Assembly (NCBI GenBank): GCA_039931375.1
Contig: JBDTSC010000003.1
Location: forward strand, 1 to 39,044
Origin: Ardenticatenales bacterium
GTDB lineage: Bacteria > Chloroflexota > Anaerolineae > Epilineales > Epilineaceae
Reading direction: 5' to 3'
Length of the DNA: 39,044 nucleotides
Both the position numbers and the translations under genes were made by a program. Numbering within the stretch: position 1 is the first letter of the stretch; each line of letters starts with the position of its first letter. Under the pieces are notes generated by a model, which was not told the origin of the DNA, searched no databases, and saw only the letters and a program-made list of their open reading frames with translations. This document shows, in pieces, positions 29,132 through 38,688 of this stretch.

Positions 29132-29160
29132 TTGACCGCCTCATAACGCCAGCTTAACAT
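29132..29160 (+). promoter_or_regulatory. Putative phoX promoter with Pho-box-like 11-bp repeats
   Basis: TTGACC-17 nt-TAACAT. Hexamers TTGACC (29132), ATAACG (29143) and TTAACA (29154) are spaced exactly 11 bp apart. Confidence 0.55.
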
Positions 29161-29183
29161 GGGTCGCGGCGGCTCGCCGGTAC

Positions 29184-31163
29184 ATGCCGTCGCCGCGTAC
29201 CCATTGGACGTGCCCGTTGTCCGACGCCGAACCTCCAACGCAGGACACGCCTCCGCCAAGCCGCGCCGGCGTGGGCGAGACGTTCGACGCGATCGTCGCG
29301 CGCCGATGGTCGCGCCGCGCGTTCGTGCGCGACAGCCTGCTTGCCGGCCTGACGATCTACCTGCCGAGCGTGCACAAGAGCGGCATCGCCGACGCGGGCA
29401 GCCGGATGGCCTTCGGACACGTCGCGAGCACGCAAGGGGACGTCATGGCCGTCGCCGACGGGCATCGGCTGTCCGTGCTCCTGCGCTGGGGCGATCCGCT
29501 ATTTTCGGATGCGCCGCCGTTCGATCCATGGCGCCAGAGCGCCGGCGCGCAGGCGCGCCAGTTTGGTTACAACTGCGACTTCGTCGGGTATTTTCCGCTG
29601 CCCAGGCCGTCCGAAACGCCCGATCACGGCCTGTTGGTCGTAAACCACGAGTACACGAACCCCGAGCTGATGTTCCCCGGCTACCGCGACGGCGCGCCTA
29701 CGGCCGAACAGGTGGCGATCCAACAGGAGTGCGTCGGCCTCTCGATCGTCGAGGTCGTGCGTGGCAAGGGCGGCGACTGGCGGATCGTCCTCGACAGCCC
29801 GCTGAACCGGCGCATCTCGGCGACGACGTCATGCCAGATCAGTGGCCCCGCGGTGGGGCACACTCTGTTCCGCACGGCGGCCGATCCCGTCGGCCGGACC
29901 GTCCGCGGCACGCTGGCGAACTGCTCGGCCGGGCGCACGCCGTGGGGCACCGTGCTGTCGGCCGAGGAGAACTTCCAGGACGTGTTCGGCAACCGCGACA
30001 AGCTGCTCCCGGCGAGCGAAGACCTGGTCAACCACATGCGCGTCGGCGTCCCCGCCGGCCCGTCGCGCTTCGGCTGGGAACGACATGACCCGCGCTTCGA
30101 CGTCGAGCAGAACCCGCGCGAACCGTACCGCTTCGGCTGGGTCGTCGAAGTGGACCCGTACGATCCCACCTGGGTGCCCCGCAAGCGAACGGCGCTCGGG
30201 CGCATGCGGCGCGAGGCGGCGAATTCCGTCGTGAGCAAGGGCGGCCAGGTGGCCCTCTACTCGGGCGACGACACCGCGTTCGAGTACGTCTACAAGTTCG
30301 TGACGCGCGGCCGCTACGACCGGATCAACCGGATCGGCAACCGCGACCTATTGGACTACGGCACGCTGTTCGTGGCGCGATTCAACGCCGACGGCAGCGG
30401 CGCATGGCTGCCGCTGGTGTTCGGACAGGGGCCGCTCACGCGGCTGAACGGCTTCACCTCGCAAGCGGAGGTCTGCATCAACACGTTGCGGGCGGCCGAC
30501 CTGGTCGGCGCGACAAAGATGGATCGACCTGAGGACATCGAGATCGCGCTGGACGGCACGGTCTTCATCGCGCTCACCAAGAACGCCCAGCGCGGCGCGC
30601 CCGGCTTTGCGCGCCCGGACGCCGCGAACCCGCGCAGCCTGAACAAGCACGGCCACATCATCGAGCTGCACGAAGACGGCGGCGATCACGCGGGCCGCTC
30701 GTTCCGCTGGTCCCTGTTCATCGTGTGCGGTGAGCCGGGCGACCCGTCGACGTACTTCGCGGGATTCCCGGCCAACGGCGGGATCTCGCGCATCAGCTGC
30801 CCCGACAACCTGGCGTTCGACCACGCCGGCAACCTCTGGATCGCCACGGACGGACAACCGGACGCGTTCGGCATCAACGACGGCCTGTTCGGCGTGCCGG
30901 TCGACGGGCCCGAGCGCGGCCGCGTGCGGCGATTCTTCAGCTCCGTCGCCGGCTCCGAGGTGACGGGTCATTCGTTCACGCCGAACGACGGGACGCTGTT
31001 CCTGAGCATCCAGCACCCCGGTGAAGGCAGTTCAATGGCCGCGCCTTCGAGCGTGTTTCCTGACGGCGTCTCCCCGCCCCGCCCGTCCGTCGTGGCGATC
31101 GAGCACGTCCTCGGCCTGCCGATCGGCTCGGCTCCGCCGCCGGCGCCGGCCGTCGGCGGCTAG
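29184..31163 (+). CDS. phoX: PhoX-family alkaline phosphatase, Tat-exported
   Basis: SRRAF twin-arginine motif, FGYNCDF, VNHEY, NCSAGRTPWGTVLSAEEN, MDRPED, CPDNL, SEVTG and IQHPGE. Start uncertain. Confidence 0.93.
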   Translation: MPSPRTHWTCPLSDAEPPTQDTPPPSRAGVGETFDAIVARRWSRRAFVRDSLLAGLTIYLPSVHKSGIADAGSRMAFGHVASTQGDVMAVADGHRLSVLLRWGDPLFSDAPPFDPWRQSAGAQARQFGYNCDFVGYFPLPRPSETPDHGLLVVNHEYTNPELMFPGYRDGAPTAEQVAIQQECVGLSIVEVVRGKGGDWRIVLDSPLNRRISATTSCQISGPAVGHTLFRTAADPVGRTVRGTLANCSAGRTPWGTVLSAEENFQDVFGNRDKLLPASEDLVNHMRVGVPAGPSRFGWERHDPRFDVEQNPREPYRFGWVVEVDPYDPTWVPRKRTALGRMRREAANSVVSKGGQVALYSGDDTAFEYVYKFVTRGRYDRINRIGNRDLLDYGTLFVARFNADGSGAWLPLVFGQGPLTRLNGFTSQAEVCINTLRAADLVGATKMDRPEDIEIALDGTVFIALTKNAQRGAPGFARPDAANPRSLNKHGHIIELHEDGGDHAGRSFRWSLFIVCGEPGDPSTYFAGFPANGGISRISCPDNLAFDHAGNLWIATDGQPDAFGINDGLFGVPVDGPERGRVRRFFSSVAGSEVTGHSFTPNDGTLFLSIQHPGEGSSMAAPSSVFPDGVSPPRPSVVAIEHVLGLPIGSAPPPAPAVGG

Positions 31164-31197
31164 GAGTCCGACGCCAAGGCCGCTAGAATCGCCGGCC

Positions 31198-31755
31198 GTG
31201 AACACCATCCCTACCGACCTGCCGGGAGTCCTCGTCTTCGAGCCGCGCGTCTTCAACGACGCGCGCGGCTTGTTCTTCGAGGCGTGGCACGCGGAGCGCT
31301 ACGCCCGCGCCGGGCTGCCGATGGCGTTTGCGCAGGACAACGTCTCGCGGTCGTCGCGCGGCGTGCTGCGCGGCCTGCACATGCAGAACCCAGGCCCGCA
31401 GGGCAAGCTGGTCACGGTGTTGGCGGGCACGGTGTGGGACGTCGCCGTCGACGCACGTCATGGCTCGCCGATGTTCGGCCGTTGGACGGCGGTCGAGCTG
31501 AGCGGCGAAACGATGCGCCAGTTCTGGCTGCCGCCCGGGTTCGCGCACGGGTTCGTCGTCACGAGCGAGACGGCCTTGTTCAGCTACAAGTGCTCGTGCC
31601 CGTACGATGCCGCCAGCGAGTTCGGGATCCGCTTCGACGATCCGGACCTCGCGATCCCGTGGCCGATCGCCGCGCCGATCCTGTCCGACAAGGACGCGGC
31701 GTTGCCGCGGCTGCGGGACATCGCCCCCGACCGGCTCGTGCGCTATGTGGGTTAA
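31198..31755 (+). CDS. rfbC: dTDP-4-dehydrorhamnose 3,5-epimerase
   Basis: DARGLFFE, QDNVSRSSRGVLRGLH, QGKLV, DVAVD, GFAHGF and LSDKD motifs. GTG start. Confidence 0.96.
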   Translation: MNTIPTDLPGVLVFEPRVFNDARGLFFEAWHAERYARAGLPMAFAQDNVSRSSRGVLRGLHMQNPGPQGKLVTVLAGTVWDVAVDARHGSPMFGRWTAVELSGETMRQFWLPPGFAHGFVVTSETALFSYKCSCPYDAASEFGIRFDDPDLAIPWPIAAPILSDKDAALPRLRDIAPDRLVRYVG

Positions 31756-31833
31756 CCCGTCCTGGCATACGACGCGCGATGCGTCGTCGCCCGATGGCTG
31801 TCCCGCACGCCGACGGCGCCAACGCATCAGCGC

Positions 31834-32763
31834 ATGCCGATGATGGACAGCCACCTGCGCGACGCGCGCGTGATCATGGAGGCGACGCCGCCGCTCCGAA
31901 AGCACGAGGACAAGGCGTTCGCGATCCTCGAGCACTGCCTGCGCGCCTACACCCGGTTCGACGCTCTGTCCGTCCCCGACATCCAGGACGATGGCGAGTT
32001 CAACCGCAACGTGCAGCGGGTAAGCAACCTCGAGTTCGCGCGCTGGCTGCAATCGCAGGCCGCCAAGCCGTTGAGTCTGTATCGGGTCAGCGTCGCCACG
32101 GAGCGCGCGCCGTTTGAGGCTTGGCTGGATGAGGCCGAGGCGATGGGCGTCCACGACGTCGTGCTCGTGGGCGGCGACGCCTCCCAGAAGCAGTACGGTC
32201 CGAGCGCCCTCGACGTCGCCTCGGCGGCCGTCATCGCCCGTGAGCGCGGCTTCCACTGCGGCGGCATCATCATCCCGACCCGGCGGCGCGAGTTCGTGCC
32301 CCGCCCGGCCAGCCACGACGAGCTGGCGCGATTGCAGCAGAAAATCGCCACATCCAACCTCGAGTTCTACACGACGCAGCTGTTGTACGAGGGCGAGTGG
32401 ATGAGCTGTCTGCTCCTGGACATGGTCCGGACGATCCCGCTGGACCAGTTCCCGAAAATCTTCCTGACCTTTTCACCCTTCGTGGGAGAGGACGACCTCA
32501 ACTTCGCGCTCCGCGCCCTGGGCGTCTACGTGCCGCACGACGTCGAGCGCACGCTGCGGGGCGCGCGGAGCATGGTCGAGGCCTCCATCGCCCAGCTCAC
32601 GCTGGTCTGGGAGCGGTTGTCGACCTTCGCCAGCGAGATCGGCATCCCGGCCGACCGGCTTGGGATCAACGTCGAATATCTCAATTCCCGCAACCCACGC
32701 AACGTGCGGGCGGCCTTCGAGCTGGCCGAGGAGTTTGGGCGGATGATGGGGATCGAGGGGTAG
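31834..32763 (+). CDS. Methylenetetrahydrofolate reductase-like protein, resembling the mycobacterial type
   Basis: N-terminal IMEATPP, VLVGG, GIIIPTR..E..RL..K, FYTTQLLY and PKIFLTF recall MTHFR TIM-barrel motifs, especially the IPTR/TQLLY of mycobacterial-type enzymes (recognised from memory, not searched). Confidence 0.65.
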   Translation: MPMMDSHLRDARVIMEATPPLRKHEDKAFAILEHCLRAYTRFDALSVPDIQDDGEFNRNVQRVSNLEFARWLQSQAAKPLSLYRVSVATERAPFEAWLDEAEAMGVHDVVLVGGDASQKQYGPSALDVASAAVIARERGFHCGGIIIPTRRREFVPRPASHDELARLQQKIATSNLEFYTTQLLYEGEWMSCLLLDMVRTIPLDQFPKIFLTFSPFVGEDDLNFALRALGVYVPHDVERTLRGARSMVEASIAQLTLVWERLSTFASEIGIPADRLGINVEYLNSRNPRNVRAAFELAEEFGRMMGIEG

Positions 32764-32791
32764 GGAGCGGGGCGACGCCCGCCTCGATCCG

Positions 32792-35700
32792 TTAGCGCCG
32801 CCGCGCGTACGTCGCGAGGAACGGCAGGCTGATCGTACAGCGTCCGGTCGGGCCGCAGCGGCTCACCGGCGTCCCGGCCGTCGGCGTGGCCTGGGGAGTC
32901 CCTTCCGTCGACGACGCGCTAGCCCGTGGATCTGGCGTCGGTTCGAGCGTTCCCGTCCGCGTCGCGCTCGGCGTTGCGTTGGGGGTGACCGATGGCGTCG
33001 TCACGGGCGTTTCCGTCGCCGTGGCGTCCACATCGATCGTGGGGCTCGGCGTGGACGATGCGGTCGGGGTGTCGGTCGGCGTCAGCGTCGGCGCCGCGGT
33101 GGGGATGAACGGCGTCGGCGTCGCGGTCGGGATGATCGCCTCGTCGTAGACGGCGGCGCCGTTGCGCAGAGTGCCCAACCACACGGACGGACCGCCCGCG
33201 TCGATGGACGAGATCTGGTTCGAACCGAGCGCGCTGTCGTCGGGACCGATGCGGTACCACGCGGCGCCGACCAGCAGCTTCACGCCGCCGATCGGCGGCA
33301 CGACGCCCCGATGGTAGCGATGGGTGCCGACCCATAGCCGCCCGAGCGCATCGACGTCCAGCGCGCTCACGAGCCCATCGCCCAGAAAGCGTTTGCCGGT
33401 CCAATCCTTGGCCCGGCACGTCTCCAGCGGGCAGGCGTCCAGTTGGGCGTGCACGTTCTCACCCCGCGGCCAGTGGAACGTGCTGCCGATCGTCGCCCAG
33501 CCGCCGGCCCAGACGCGATCGCGCCCGCGATCGATCGTCACCGCGTTGTAGACACCGTAGTCGCCGAAGGTGGCCATCGTCGAGCCGCTGTCCTTCTTGG
33601 TCCACGACTTCCAGCGCGTGCCGTCCCAGCGCGCGACGCCGCCGCCGGCCACGACGATCTGCTCCGGCTGGCCCGGGCCGATCGACACCTTGCGTTCGAC
33701 CGGATAGTGCGCCGTCCAGACGTAGCCGTTCACCGGATCGACCGCCAGGTCGGCGACGCCGTTGCCGGCGTTGAAGTCCGCCGTCACCTGGTGAGTGCGC
33801 CATGTCCCGGATGCCGGGTCGAGCACCGCAAGGCCGAAGCCCGTCGCGACCAGGTTGCCCACGGCGATCCAGACCTTGCCCGTCGAATCCGCTTCGATGG
33901 CGACCGCCTCACGGTACGCCAGCGGGCTGTTGCTCGGGTCGTACACGCGCCAGCGCCCGTCGACGAGTCCGGATGCGCCGCCGTCCTGCCAGCAGTCCGG
34001 GTAGCGGTCGCAGGTCGGCGGCGTCCCGGTCCGCTGGTACAGCCGGTCGTTGCGCAGCGCCGACACCCACGGCTCGGAGCCGTTGCGCAGCGCGATCTGG
34101 GTCGCGTGGTCGCCCGCGGGACCGCGCACGAGCCGCACCACGCCCGCGCCTGCGGCGACATCGGCGTCGAGCGGCGGCGCGAGCGTCAGCATCCCGTTCT
34201 GGCCGTCGCCGTTCGCGCTGAACGCGGTCACGCGATGGATCGTCGCATCGTCGCCGATCCGGACGATCGGCTCGCCGTCCGGGAAGCGCAGGTCGAACGC
34301 GGCCTGGGACGCGATGTCGACGACGACCCGATTGGCCCCGTCGACGCCGTCCACGACCGTGACGGCCACACGCCCGGCGTCCTGGTACGCGCCCCACCAC
34401 GTCCACTGGTCCCCGTCGTGCAGCCAGCGCGCGACGCCGCGGTTCTTCAGCGCGAACCACGTCGCGCCGCCGGCCGCGTCGTCCGCGATGTCGGCGATCT
34501 GGTTGGAGGGCAGGCCGTGGTCCGCCGTGCGCAGGTTGCGCCAATCGTACCGCCCCGTCGCGGACGGGTTCGGCGCGCCGAGCAAAAGCCCGTCGCCGTC
34601 GCCGTTTTGGTCGTCGATCGTGCCGACCACGAGGCCGTTCGAGACGTCGATCGCCGACGCGAGGCGGTCGCGCACGGCGGTCGGACCGAGGGTCAGCGAC
34701 GTGTACAAGTCGTCCGAATTGAAGGCGATCGGGGAGCCGGGCGAATCGTCGTAGGTGCCCTTCGGGTCGAGGATCGAAAGGCCCAGGCCGGCGTCCGTTC
34801 CCTCGCCCTGGCTGACGAAGATGCGACCGCCGCCCGGTTCGACGGCCACCGCGCGCACGACGTTGCCGAGCAGGCCTGGGTTGACCGGGTCGGGCCGACC
34901 GCGGGGCTTGATGTAGTACGCCTGGCCGCTCGAACACGACCAGCCTTGCGAAAACCCGCGCATGAGCAGGACGCCGTGTCCTTGCGTGCCCGCCCAAAGG
35001 CGTTCGTCCGCGTCCGCCGCGAGCGATGTGATCGTTCGGTCGTAGCACGAGGTGTCCGTCTCGCTCGTCGGATACCAGCGCCGCCACGTCTCGCCTTGTA
35101 GCGCCGCCAGCCCGCCGCCCACGAGGATCCAGTAGTCCGAGCGGCTGAGGCAGTCGCTGTCATGGCAGTCCGTGGCGTCCCAGGCGTAGTACGGCCGCGT
35201 CCCGACCCACAGCGTGCCCGCCGAGTCGAGGGCGAGGGCCGTCACGTTGTCGCTCGGCAGCGTGCGAAACTTGTGGTCGCCGCTCGCCTCGCCGGGCACG
35301 AAGACGATCTCGGCCACCGCGGACATCGACCATGTGTTGCGCGACGGGTCGAAGCGGGCCACACCGCCCGGCCGAAACGCGCCGTGCACGCTGCCGTCCG
35401 AGGACGCCGGGTGCACCCGGTCCGCGTCCCATTCCTGGCTGAAGCCGACCCACAACGTGCCGTCCGCCAGCGGCGCTATCGCCGTCACGACCCGCGCCGG
35501 CATGCCCGGCGACGTCGAGGGCGTCACGACCTGCCACTGGTCGCGCTCGGGAACGAACCGCGCGAGCCCCCGTCCGGTCGCCGCCCAGACGCCGCCGCCG
35601 ACGGCCGGGGCCACGTCGTACACCGTATTGTCGGGCAGCGGCGACTGCGGGTGCAGGTATTGGGTGTACGTGCCGGCCGAGATCGACCATCGAACCAGCC

Positions 35701-35977
35701 CGCCGGCCTGGGCGGCCACCCACAGCGTGTCGCCGTCGCGATAGATGCGCTTGACCCGATCGCCGTTCGCGACGCTGTGCCAGCTGCCGGCCAGCGCCGG
35801 CGGCGGATCGACCGCCAGGCGTCTGCTCGGCGCGCCGGCCACCCGTGCCTCGCGTACGGTGGCCGCGATCGCCAGCAGCGTCAACGCGACGCCGATCACC
35901 CGCCGCGCGCGCGGCGGGCGGGGTGCGATGGGCGTTGCGGCGGACGACCCGCCGAGCGGAACACGATCGAACATCAC
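32792..35977 (-). CDS. Large secreted beta-propeller (two-component-regulator-propeller-like repeats) protein with Pro/Thr linker and C-terminal TISLPFLATYARRR
   Basis: Signal-like hydrophobic segment, repeated LPxNxV..L..D..G.LW.GT blades, long PT/TP linker. GTGA overlap with the upstream GT gene. Confidence 0.85.
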   Translation of the reverse strand: MMFDRVPLGGSSAATPIAPRPPRARRVIGVALTLLAIAATVREARVAGAPSRRLAVDPPPALAGSWHSVANGDRVKRIYRDGDTLWVAAQAGGLVRWSISAGTYTQYLHPQSPLPDNTVYDVAPAVGGGVWAATGRGLARFVPERDQWQVVTPSTSPGMPARVVTAIAPLADGTLWVGFSQEWDADRVHPASSDGSVHGAFRPGGVARFDPSRNTWSMSAVAEIVFVPGEASGDHKFRTLPSDNVTALALDSAGTLWVGTRPYYAWDATDCHDSDCLSRSDYWILVGGGLAALQGETWRRWYPTSETDTSCYDRTITSLAADADERLWAGTQGHGVLLMRGFSQGWSCSSGQAYYIKPRGRPDPVNPGLLGNVVRAVAVEPGGGRIFVSQGEGTDAGLGLSILDPKGTYDDSPGSPIAFNSDDLYTSLTLGPTAVRDRLASAIDVSNGLVVGTIDDQNGDGDGLLLGAPNPSATGRYDWRNLRTADHGLPSNQIADIADDAAGGATWFALKNRGVARWLHDGDQWTWWGAYQDAGRVAVTVVDGVDGANRVVVDIASQAAFDLRFPDGEPIVRIGDDATIHRVTAFSANGDGQNGMLTLAPPLDADVAAGAGVVRLVRGPAGDHATQIALRNGSEPWVSALRNDRLYQRTGTPPTCDRYPDCWQDGGASGLVDGRWRVYDPSNSPLAYREAVAIEADSTGKVWIAVGNLVATGFGLAVLDPASGTWRTHQVTADFNAGNGVADLAVDPVNGYVWTAHYPVERKVSIGPGQPEQIVVAGGGVARWDGTRWKSWTKKDSGSTMATFGDYGVYNAVTIDRGRDRVWAGGWATIGSTFHWPRGENVHAQLDACPLETCRAKDWTGKRFLGDGLVSALDVDALGRLWVGTHRYHRGVVPPIGGVKLLVGAAWYRIGPDDSALGSNQISSIDAGGPSVWLGTLRNGAAVYDEAIIPTATPTPFIPTAAPTLTPTDTPTASSTPSPTIDVDATATETPVTTPSVTPNATPSATRTGTLEPTPDPRASASSTEGTPQATPTAGTPVSRCGPTGRCTISLPFLATYARRR

Positions 35978-38688
35978 GGATCAGACGGCTCTGGGGGGGG
36001 AGCGACACGGCGAGCGGCTAGCGTAACCGATGGCCGCCGCTCTGACAAGCCCTCGCGGTGGACTGGCGCCGCGAACGCACCGGTGTTGCTCGGCTCGCTC
36101 ACCGCGTCCGTGAGTCCGATGTCGATCCACTGCGAGCGCGACCACCCCCAGCGCCCGCGAACCGCGAACGGACGATCGAGCGCGCCATCGCCCTCGGCGC
36201 CGAGCGCGGCCTGCACGCGCAGCAGCCCGCTCGCCCCCGCCGGCACGGCCAGCGTGATGGACGCCGTCGCCAACCCGCCCGCACGAACCATGGGGAGCAC
36301 GCCGGAGGCGCGCGCAACCTCGACGCCCGCCGCGTCGACGAGGCGCAGGGCGGCGCGGGCGGTGGTGTTCGCCCTGCCCCTGTCGACCTCCACGTTTTGC
36401 TGCCACGTGACGCTCAGCGCCATCGCGCCGGCCGGCTTTGCCGTCGCGGGCACGACGGTGTGCGCCACGAACCGCCACTCAGGATCGGCGCCTGCCAGCC
36501 GCCACGGGGCGGACGTCCAGCCGTCCCGGCGGACCTGGAGTCGACGAAGCGTGCGGGCCGACAGTTCCGGCGCGGAGATCAACATGTGCCCGAGGATCAC
36601 GGCACGCGCATCGTCGCCTTCCTCAGCGTCGGCCGCGCCCGCGTCGACCCGCTCGGGAACGCCGGCGCCGCTGTCGACGAGGCGCAGCCGGATCGTGGCC
36701 GGCCCCTGCGGCGCATCGACGGGCAGCATCGCCTCGAGCCACGACGCGAACGTTGCGGGCGAATCGGATGCCGTCGTCGACGCCGCTTCGTGATCCTCGG
36801 CCCCGGCAGTCAACCCGTCGCCTGACTCTGATCCGGACGACGGCGTGGGCGCAGACGCTAGCGGTGCGAGCCGATCCGTCGCGATCTGCATCGCCGGGCC
36901 GTCGTCCGGCGTGAGGACAAGCTCCCACGCGGCCTCGGCAGCCCCATCCACCGCGTGCTGCCAACGCGTCAATATCCGGAGCGAGGTGCCGGGCGCGGCG
37001 GGCGACTGCGGTGACGATGGCTGGACGAGGCGCAGGCCGTTCGACCACTCGGCAATCGGGGCGCGGTCGGTGGACGGGGTTGGGGCGGCGACGCCGCCGT
37101 ACTCGCGCAGCCCAACCTTCAACCACATGCGGTGGTACTGGCGTCGGTCCAGCAGCGCCCAATGATCGTCCGCGACGCCGACGAGGTGGTCGCGGTTGAA
37201 GCCGCCGCGCGGTTCGGGGCGATCGACGAACCATAGACGTCCCTCGCCGCTCGGCGCGAGCGCGAGCAGCCGTTCGTCCGCGGCCGTCTTGGCCTCGGTG
37301 GGGAAGTGCGGCACGGCGCGCCACGGCAGATGGACCCCGAGATCGGCCGCCTCAGCGTCGAACGTGAAACCGATCAGGGCGTCGTGCAGAACGATCGTGT
37401 CGCCGCCGCGAACCCGAACGGCGAGGTCGGCGACGAGGCTGCGGATGTCGTCTTTGACATAATCCAGCGAGCCGAATTGGCGGTTGATCTGGCCGGACGC
37501 GACCGCGAGCGACGCGACGGCCAGCCCCGTGATCGCAACCATAGGCAGAATGAACACGGCGCGCCCTGGACGCCCTGGACGCCCCGGCCGCTTCGCGCCG
37601 CGCAATGTTCGCCGTGCTGCCAACGAGAAGGGTAGGTGGATGGCGGCGGCCGCGAGGACGAGAAACGCGGGCAGCCCGGCCATCGCGTGGCGCGGGCCGT
37701 TGTAGATCGGGTTGAACGCGGACAGGCCGATGAGGGCGATGAGCGGTCCGATGCAGCCGGCGACGGCGATGCCGACGCCACGGCGCGTGCGGCGATCGAC
37801 CAGGCCGGCCAGCGCGCCGGCCACGGCCAGCACGGCCATCGGCGCGATCCGCGGCCACGGGTGCCCGAGGGACGGCGACACGCCGACGGCGAACGCGGCG
37901 AGCGCCTGCGACGCGATCATCGTGGCGCTCACCGCAGTGAAGTCGACCTGGGCCGGGCCGAAGAGGATCTTGACGGCGCCCGGCAGCGCGATCGCGAGCG
38001 CCGCGGCGGTGGGCAGCGCGACGGCGAGGCGCAAGCGCGCCCCCGCCGCCCGCCATGCCGCGGGCAGCACGAAGGGCGCCTGGGCGGCCGCTGCCAGGAG
38101 CGCGAACGGATGGAGCGCCGTCGTCAATGCCACCACGAGCGACCAGCGCATTGCGCGCCGAACCGGCGGCGTGCCCGCGGCGGCGATCGCCGTCATCGCC
38201 ATCACCCCGGCGACGAGCAGCGCGTAGGGCCGCAGCTCCTGGCTGTACCACACGAGAAGGGGCGATATGGCCGTGAACACCGCAGCGCCGAGGCCCGCCG
38301 CGCGCCCCGCGACCCTGCGGCCGGCGAGCCACCCGAGCGGCACGACCGCGACGCCCAGCGCCGCCGCCACGAAACGGGCCGCCCAGATGCCCGGCCCAAG
38401 CGCTCGTCGCGCCAGGGCGAGCAGCACGAAGTACAGCGGCGGCATCGGGTCGGTGGTGACGAAGCCGTCCACGACGATGCGTCCACGGAGCAGGTCGCCC
38501 AGGCCGAGCCCGGCGCGGTGGAGGCTCAAGCCCTCGTCGCTCCAAAGCGGCTGTGCGTCCAGGGCATGCAGCCGCAGCGCGAGCGCCGCCAACACGAGGA
38601 CGACGACGAACGCGCGGTCCAAGACGCCCGCGGCTGCGAGCGGATGGCCCTGGCGGCCTGGGCGGCCCGCACCGCGCGGCGCGGTCAT
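35974..38688 (-). CDS. GT-C glycosyltransferase (PMT_2/ArnT-like) with C-terminal extracellular domains
   Basis: LRLHALDAQPLWSDEG, PPLYF, YSQELRPY and multiple TMs. ATGA overlap with the upstream gene. Confidence 0.88.
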   Translation of the reverse strand: MTAPRGAGRPGRQGHPLAAAGVLDRAFVVVLVLAALALRLHALDAQPLWSDEGLSLHRAGLGLGDLLRGRIVVDGFVTTDPMPPLYFVLLALARRALGPGIWAARFVAAALGVAVVPLGWLAGRRVAGRAAGLGAAVFTAISPLLVWYSQELRPYALLVAGVMAMTAIAAAGTPPVRRAMRWSLVVALTTALHPFALLAAAAQAPFVLPAAWRAAGARLRLAVALPTAAALAIALPGAVKILFGPAQVDFTAVSATMIASQALAAFAVGVSPSLGHPWPRIAPMAVLAVAGALAGLVDRRTRRGVGIAVAGCIGPLIALIGLSAFNPIYNGPRHAMAGLPAFLVLAAAAIHLPFSLAARRTLRGAKRPGRPGRPGRAVFILPMVAITGLAVASLAVASGQINRQFGSLDYVKDDIRSLVADLAVRVRGGDTIVLHDALIGFTFDAEAADLGVHLPWRAVPHFPTEAKTAADERLLALAPSGEGRLWFVDRPEPRGGFNRDHLVGVADDHWALLDRRQYHRMWLKVGLREYGGVAAPTPSTDRAPIAEWSNGLRLVQPSSPQSPAAPGTSLRILTRWQHAVDGAAEAAWELVLTPDDGPAMQIATDRLAPLASAPTPSSGSESGDGLTAGAEDHEAASTTASDSPATFASWLEAMLPVDAPQGPATIRLRLVDSGAGVPERVDAGAADAEEGDDARAVILGHMLISAPELSARTLRRLQVRRDGWTSAPWRLAGADPEWRFVAHTVVPATAKPAGAMALSVTWQQNVEVDRGRANTTARAALRLVDAAGVEVARASGVLPMVRAGGLATASITLAVPAGASGLLRVQAALGAEGDGALDRPFAVRGRWGWSRSQWIDIGLTDAVSEPSNTGAFAAPVHREGLSERRPSVTLAARRVAPPPEPSDP

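Noticed and set aside
32765-32786. Hairpin between the MTHFR-like and propeller genes as a terminator
   Set aside because: The stem is imperfect and has no U-tract, so it is too weak to call in GC-rich DNA.
32792-35977. Hybrid two-component sensor kinase, suggested by the propeller repeats
   Set aside because: There is no TM helix, kinase or receiver domain after the propellers. The protein ends in a PT linker and the short motif.
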